Of a DNA stretch of 64,000 nucleotides, positions 59,178-64,000 are shown one piece after another; the stretch's first letter is position 1; the number at the start of each line of letters is the position of its first letter. Both the position numbers and the translations under genes were made by a program. The DNA comes from Candidatus Poseidoniaceae archaeon (GTDB taxonomy: Archaea; Thermoplasmatota; Poseidoniia; Poseidoniales; Poseidoniaceae). The notes below the pieces were generated by a model that was not told where the DNA came from, searched no databases, and saw nothing but the letters and a program-made list of their open reading frames with translations. The stretch spans positions 8,595-72,594 of the forward strand of contig CBFHXB010000011.1 of NCBI GenBank assembly GCA_965659685.1, in the 5' to 3' direction.

Positions 59178-60938
59178 TCAACAGCGGCGGCGCAACCGTT
59201 CCATCGCACCGTCGCTGGCGGTCAGGGCCTCAAGCGCCTCTTCGGTCATGCCGCGCTTGATCGAAGAATCCGCCGCACCAAGGAGCCGTTCGACCTCCAA
59301 CCTGCCCTCGTCGCCCACGCCAATGTTGGCGGCCTCGACCTGCGCACGGAGTTGGCGCCATTCGTTCTGGAGGAAATCCAGCAATTGTTCTGCTTCGCCT
59401 CGGTCTCGCTCCTGAGCATCAAGGTCCGCGGAGAGGCTGTCCAAGGCGCGACGGGCTTGGGTCCAACGACGCGCGTCCGCGTCTGCCTCGATGTCGGTCA
59501 GCCGGGCTGCCCACGTATCGTCGTCGTCGAATCCTTCGAATCGAGCCTCGATGGTCGAGCGCTGTCGCAGGGCACGTCGGACCACGTCCATCGCTTCACG
59601 TTCCACCACGAGGCTACGGCGGATGCTTTCCGCGATGCCTGCAGCCTGCCGGCCGTCAGCTGCCCGTAGCGCTTCTTCCGCGTCCTCAAGCAGGGCTCGA
59701 TGGGGTTCGAGGTCCAAGCCGTCTGCCGCCTCAATCGCACGGCGTGCTTCCGAGACGAGCCCTTCAGCGTCTTCGTTCGCCTCCTGCTCTTGGGCCACTT
59801 GCTCGGGAATGGCCATGACCAATTCGAAGGCTTTCATCGGGTCTTCCTTGGCCATTCGCTTCCGGGCTTCGGCCAAGGCTTCGTGGAGGCGAGCGAGATG
59901 AGGTTCTTGCCGATCGGCCAAGGCGAGGGATGCCTCCTCGATTTTTTCCTGTGCTTTGGCCCACCATGAGACCACGGTTTCCGCCCTTCGCTTTGCTTGC
60001 CTGAAGAGGGCCTCTCCTTCCCGCAGGGATCCCAACTCAACTTCACGCCGGGCAGCGTCGAACGCGCTTCGAGGTCGACGAACGGTTGGCGCAACGGCCT
60101 CGGCCTTTTCCACGGACGACAACGCGTCGGCCTCGATGGCGACGACGTCCTTCTCGAGCGAGATGGTTCGGTCAACGTCTTCCTCAGCGTCGTCGAGAAG
60201 GCGCATGCCATGGTCGGGGTCGCTGAAACCTTCCATGGCCGCAGTTCGCACCAAACTGGTGGCTTGGTCGACACGGCGGCCTTGGGCCTTCAACTCCAAG
60301 AGGCGTGATTCCAGCGCGTCCAATCGGACTTTGAAGCGCTTCCTGAGCGCCCTTTGTTCGTCTTCAATGAACCATGATCGCAGGGCGACACCAACGGTCA
60401 GCAGGGTAATGGCGGCGCCGACAAGGTCGTTTTCTGCACCCACATCGCTTCGGATTCCGAACCATACCGAGGCCACGGTAACGGCACCGGCACCGGTCAA
60501 CAAGGCGTGGTAGCGTGCTTGGCGAAAGCCTCCCGAGAAGGCCGTCGCCGCGGTGCGATAGAGGAGGGCGCCGATCAGGACCAGGGTCAATCCCGCGGCC
60601 ACACGTGCTTCGAAGTCCGCTTCCGTGCTTCGAAGTCCAAGGAAGATCAGGCTTGGCCATGCGATGGCCGCAGCGGCGGCTGCCCGTCCTGTAGCCTGTG
60701 CTTGACCGCTGGCGTGGTCATGAACCAGGGTGCCGCACAACAAGACCAAGGCAGGCAATCCGAGCATGGCAAAGGGTGCGCCTTGCCCCTCCATCACCGC
60801 CTCAAGACCGGGCCATGCCAACCAAATCGCGCCGATCAGCACAACGGCTGTGGTCAGTGTGGCCACTTGGCCGGCCCGACGGGCGCGGTGCTCACGCTCC
60901 GCCTCAATGGCGGCTTCAAGGTCCATCCATGCCTCCAC
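59178..60938 (-). CDS. hypothetical membrane-anchored coiled-coil protein
   Basis: The N-terminal ~190 aa contain ~5-6 TM helices, followed by ~390 aa of A/E/R/L-rich helical or coiled-coil sequence. Confidence 0.5.
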   Translation of the reverse strand: MEAWMDLEAAIEAEREHRARRAGQVATLTTAVVLIGAIWLAWPGLEAVMEGQGAPFAMLGLPALVLLCGTLVHDHASGQAQATGRAAAAAAIAWPSLIFLGLRSTEADFEARVAAGLTLVLIGALLYRTAATAFSGGFRQARYHALLTGAGAVTVASVWFGIRSDVGAENDLVGAAITLLTVGVALRSWFIEDEQRALRKRFKVRLDALESRLLELKAQGRRVDQATSLVRTAAMEGFSDPDHGMRLLDDAEEDVDRTISLEKDVVAIEADALSSVEKAEAVAPTVRRPRSAFDAARREVELGSLREGEALFRQAKRRAETVVSWWAKAQEKIEEASLALADRQEPHLARLHEALAEARKRMAKEDPMKAFELVMAIPEQVAQEQEANEDAEGLVSEARRAIEAADGLDLEPHRALLEDAEEALRAADGRQAAGIAESIRRSLVVEREAMDVVRRALRQRSTIEARFEGFDDDDTWAARLTDIEADADARRWTQARRALDSLSADLDAQERDRGEAEQLLDFLQNEWRQLRAQVEAANIGVGDEGRLEVERLLGAADSSIKRGMTEEALEALTASDGAMERLRRRC

Positions 60939-61047
60939 GCCCTGCGGTTACGGTGGGAGGGCATGAACCTTGGTCATCTTCGGCCATCACCTTCACGCCT
61001 CGTAATGTTCATGGGTGGACCTCAACGCAGGGGACCGAGGACGTTGA

Positions 61048-61980
61048 ATGACCGGGCTCATCACCATGGCAGACCTGACCAACGAAGACATCGTCGAGGT
61101 GTTGGACGCAGCCGAACGTTTGCTCCCTGCCGCCCGCGGTGATGTGCACATGCCGTTGCTCTCCGGCCGCATCCTCGGCAACCTGTTTTTCGAACCCAGC
61201 ACGCGGACTCGGATGTCCTTTGAAACCGCGATGAAGCGTCTGGGTGGCGACGTGGTCAACCTTGGCGACGTCAGCACCTCGTCCGTGGTCAAGGGTGAAA
61301 CCCTGTTCGACACCATCCAGATGGTGGACGGCTACTCCGACATCATCGCCATGCGGCATCCCCGGCAAGGTGCCGCCCGCTACGCTCAGGACGCCGCTCG
61401 TGTGCCCATCCTCAACGGCGGCGACGGAGCGGGGCACCACCCGACACAGACGATGCTCGACCTCTTCACCATCCGACAGGCCCACGGCCGCCTTGAGGAC
61501 TTGGACGTGGTCTTGGCCGGTGACCTCCGCTACGGCCGAACCGTTCACTCGCTGTCCCACGCTCTGGCCCGTTTCAACTGCCGGATTGTCTTGGCCAGCC
61601 CCGAGCTGTTGCGGATGCCTCGCGAGATCGTCGATGACCTCCGCGCCTCGGGCGCCTCAGTGGTGGAGACAACGGACCTCTACGGCTCCTTGGACGCCGC
61701 GGATGTGGTCTACATGACCCGGATTCAGAAAGAGCGCTTTGCTGACGAGGACGAGTACATCAAGGTCGCAGGGGCCTACAAGCTCCACGTCAAGCACCTC
61801 GGCGAAGTGCGCCAAGACATGATCGTGATGCACCCGCTCCCACGTGTGGACGAAATCCACCCGAGCGTGGACGAGACCCGCCACGCGCGCTATTTCGAGC
61901 AAGCGTTCAACGGCGTGGTGACCAGGATGGCGTTGCTCTGCCGTCTTCTTGGCGTTGACGTGCCCGGAGGTGAGGCCTGA
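61048..61980 (+). CDS. pyrB: aspartate carbamoyltransferase catalytic subunit
   Basis: 'FFEPSTRTRMSFE', 'HHPTQ' and 'HPLPR' are present. Confidence 0.93.
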   Translation: MTGLITMADLTNEDIVEVLDAAERLLPAARGDVHMPLLSGRILGNLFFEPSTRTRMSFETAMKRLGGDVVNLGDVSTSSVVKGETLFDTIQMVDGYSDIIAMRHPRQGAARYAQDAARVPILNGGDGAGHHPTQTMLDLFTIRQAHGRLEDLDVVLAGDLRYGRTVHSLSHALARFNCRIVLASPELLRMPREIVDDLRASGASVVETTDLYGSLDAADVVYMTRIQKERFADEDEYIKVAGAYKLHVKHLGEVRQDMIVMHPLPRVDEIHPSVDETRHARYFEQAFNGVVTRMALLCRLLGVDVPGGEA

Positions 61981-62456
61981 TGTCCAACGAATCGAACATG
62001 CGTCGCGTGACCGCCATCCGCAACGGTACCGTGATCGATCACATCCCGGCCGGCAGTGCACTTCGCGTGCTGGAGCTGCTCAACATTGGCCAGGGCACCT
62101 CCGTTCCAGTGTCGCTTGTGATGAACGTCCCTTCAAAGAAAAAGGGCGCCAAAGACATCGTCAAGGTGGAAGACCGTGAATTGACCCAAGCCGAACTCGA
62201 CCGCCTCGCGCTGGTCGCTGAAGGTGCCAGCGTGGCCATCATCCGTGCCTACACCGTGGCAGAGAAGTTGGAAATCGCCCTTGGCGATGAAATCGTGGAC
62301 GTGGTGCGTTGCACCTTCTCGAACTGCATCACGCAAAACCCGCGCGAGCCACTCGCGCACAGGCTGCGCGTGCTGTCGAAAGATCCGTTGCAGATCCGTT
62401 GCCACTATTGTGGGCGGCCACAAGAGATCGACGAATTGGTTCAGAACGTCATTTGA
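61980..62456 (+). CDS. pyrI: aspartate carbamoyltransferase regulatory subunit
   Basis: 'VTAIRNGTVIDHIP' and the C-terminal Zn site 'CTFSNCIT...CHYCG' are present. The ATG overlaps the pyrB stop. Confidence 0.9.
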   Translation: MSNESNMRRVTAIRNGTVIDHIPAGSALRVLELLNIGQGTSVPVSLVMNVPSKKKGAKDIVKVEDRELTQAELDRLALVAEGASVAIIRAYTVAEKLEIALGDEIVDVVRCTFSNCITQNPREPLAHRLRVLSKDPLQIRCHYCGRPQEIDELVQNVI

Positions 62457-63417
62457 CGTCGAGCAGGTCACGCATCTCACAAGCCTTGCACACGTCCCTC
62501 GAGGAGGCGCTACCGCAGCGTTGGCAGGATCCAACCGGTTCGGAAACGTCTTCCGCGGCAGGGGTCATGGAACGGATTGCATCCAGGCTTCGGACAAGAC
62601 CGTGGCGCGTTCCGGGACGGTCTTCTTCGAGGGTGGCCACCACGTCGCGCATCCGCCATCGCAGGGCACCCTCGGCGTTCGGGCAGACTTCATTGTGAAT
62701 CGGCAAGTTGCGGTGCAACGCGACCAGGTGAACCTCCTGCTCGGGAATCCAACGAAGCGGAACGATGCGAGGTGCAAGGCCTTCTGCGGGTCGATCGGTG
62801 TGCGGAGCCAAGCGGCGGCTGCGTTCCACTTCACCTGCGGTCAAGTTCATCAGCACCGTTTGGGCCATGTCGTCGAGGTTGTGGCCAAGCGCGACAACGT
62901 CGGCTCCGACCATGTCTGCCAGCGCGTTGATGCCTTGGCGCCGGAAGACGCCGCAGTATGAACAGGGCAGACGCGGGGCCTCCGGATTCTTGTCAAGGAT
63001 CGCGTCCAAGGACGCGGTGACCTCGTCCATTGCGAGGAAATCTTGGTCCGCAAAGGAGGTGGTGAGGAACTCAACGTCGAGCCTTTCGCAGAGGGTCGCA
63101 GCCGCTTCAATGGACGGTGGCCTGTAGCCCTCGATCCCCTCGTCCACGCATCCTGCAACGATGCGAACGTCCGGTCGGTTTCCAATGAGGTCCACCAGCA
63201 TCGACAACAAGACCGCAGAATCCTTCCCTCCAGAAATGGCCACCAGCACCGTGGTGGGTTCATCGATGCTGAGTTGCTTCCGAAGTTCCCGGCCGACTTT
63301 TTTCCGAACGGAGCGGTCGAGATGACGCGCGCACAGGCTTTGCCCCGAGTAGGCCTGGGTGACGACGGCGGGCGCACGGCACACGGAACACTCCGGGACC
63401 TCAAACGTGGGCGCCAC
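62449..63417 (-). CDS. PP-loop tRNA 2-thiolation ATPase (TtuA/NcsA-like)
   Basis: The PP-loop is 'VAISGGKDSAVLL'. The N-terminal 'CSVC...CARH' and C-terminal 'CQRC...CKAC' are zinc fingers. It starts at a GTG, and its 3' end overlaps pyrI by 8 nt. Confidence 0.8.
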   Translation of the reverse strand: MAPTFEVPECSVCRAPAVVTQAYSGQSLCARHLDRSVRKKVGRELRKQLSIDEPTTVLVAISGGKDSAVLLSMLVDLIGNRPDVRIVAGCVDEGIEGYRPPSIEAAATLCERLDVEFLTTSFADQDFLAMDEVTASLDAILDKNPEAPRLPCSYCGVFRRQGINALADMVGADVVALGHNLDDMAQTVLMNLTAGEVERSRRLAPHTDRPAEGLAPRIVPLRWIPEQEVHLVALHRNLPIHNEVCPNAEGALRWRMRDVVATLEEDRPGTRHGLVRSLDAIRSMTPAAEDVSEPVGSCQRCGSASSRDVCKACEMRDLLDVK

Positions 63418-63466
63418 GTCGGGCCGAATCCGCTCGTCCTGATGAGTTTACCCGAACCTCTCCCCG

Positions 63467-63503
63467 CAATTTTTCAATTACAAAATCAATTTTCTAATTG
63501 GAG
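63467..63503 (+). repeat. multi-core CAATT element variant in the divergent intergenic region
   Basis: The sequence is CAATTTTTCAATTACAAAATCAATTTTCTAATTGGAG. The cores are CAATTA 63475, CAATTT 63487 and TAATTG 63495, with the outer pair 20 bp apart. Confidence 0.6.
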
Positions 63504-63649
63504 TTCTTCATCTGCCGTGCCAACATCACACCTCCGGCAGGTGATGGCTCCCCTGTCCTCCGTTTTTCAGAAATTCATGACCTCTGAAGGTTCGCGTTCT
63601 GAATTGGATTGCGAAAACCGCCTCCAAGGGCCGTTCGACGGGAAACATC

Positions 63650-63991
63650 TTGAAACCCCCCGTGGCGGCTCAACCTTCGATGTCCATGCTGTCGCGTTTG
63701 CTCACGGCCTTGGAACAGACCCCGGGTGTCCACGCAGCCACCCTTCACGCCAATGGACCTCATTCGGATTCAACCGGCCTTCACAACGGCGCAGAACGCA
63801 TGACGAAGGTGGCCTCTTTGGGCCGTGTGCTGCAAGTGTTCGTCGAAGGCGATCGCGCGGTGCTTTTGGACGACGTCGGGGACGGACGACATCTTCACCT
63901 CGAAGGCACCTCTGGCCAATTTGGCCGTTGGAGGTATGCCGTTGAGCGGCACCGTCCGTTGATCGGACGGATCCATGAGGAGGTGGCCTGA
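63650..63991 (+). CDS. possible Roadblock/LC7 (MglB-like) domain protein
   Basis: Third-position GC clearly favours this frame from ~63650 onward. 'MLSRLLTALEQTPGVHAATLHANG' resembles a Roadblock N-terminus (weak, from memory). The start could be 63650, 63680 or 63686. Its stop overlaps a further ATG at 63991 (TGATG) that runs off the window. Confidence 0.35.
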   Translation: MKPPVAAQPSMSMLSRLLTALEQTPGVHAATLHANGPHSDSTGLHNGAERMTKVASLGRVLQVFVEGDRAVLLDDVGDGRHLHLEGTSGQFGRWRYAVERHRPLIGRIHEEVA

Positions 63992-64000
63992 TGTTCACGA

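Noticed and set aside
63043-63945. A 300-aa plus-strand ORF.
   Set aside because: Its first half is antisense to the PP-loop ATPase gene. Its second half has low third-position GC, while the overlapping 63650 frame has high third-position GC.

Overview
This is a 64-kb, high-GC (about 60% by eye), gene-dense chromosomal segment from an archaeon. The informational genes are archaeal: EF-1alpha, aIF5B, S8e, S10, S28e, L24e, L7Ae, SRP19, family-B DNA polymerase, a GINS-like protein and deoxyhypusine synthase. They sit alongside bacterial-type metabolic and repair genes: UvrB, CcmF-like heme lyase, a split methylcrotonyl/propionyl-CoA carboxylase cluster, a Delta9-type acyl desaturase, a P1B metal ATPase, a UbiA/UbiD/geranylgeranyl reductase cluster and pyrBI. 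The mix of giant glycosylated surface proteins, lipid and amino-acid catabolism genes suggests an uncultured Thermoplasmatota or Marine-Group-II-like lineage; that is inference only. I call about 56 CDS and 3 tRNAs (Leu-CAA, Leu-CAG, Ile-GAU). I saw no rRNA, CRISPR array, transposase or integrase. Many long ORFs in the six-frame track are antisense or out-of-frame shadows typical of high-GC DNA, and several track ORFs start too far upstream, so I trimmed them. The most unusual signal is at the DNA level. A family of AT-rich CAATTGGAA(W)(W)CGC elements is concentrated between 37.2 and 46.4 kb, with variants at 53.7 and 63.5 kb. Copies often come as two CAATT cores 20-21 bp apart. They occur in a 380-bp AT-rich intergenic island, in promoter regions, and inside three ORFs, in both orientations relative to the reading frame. 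Also notable are two separate ParA cassettes: one followed by a mini-protein carrying only the ParB N-terminal GLGRGL peptide, the other by a ribbon-helix-helix protein and a small unknown protein. There is also a zinc-ribbon, 560-aa coiled-coil and beta-propeller/Ca-repeat gene trio, and a ~2070-aa sequon-rich surface protein.
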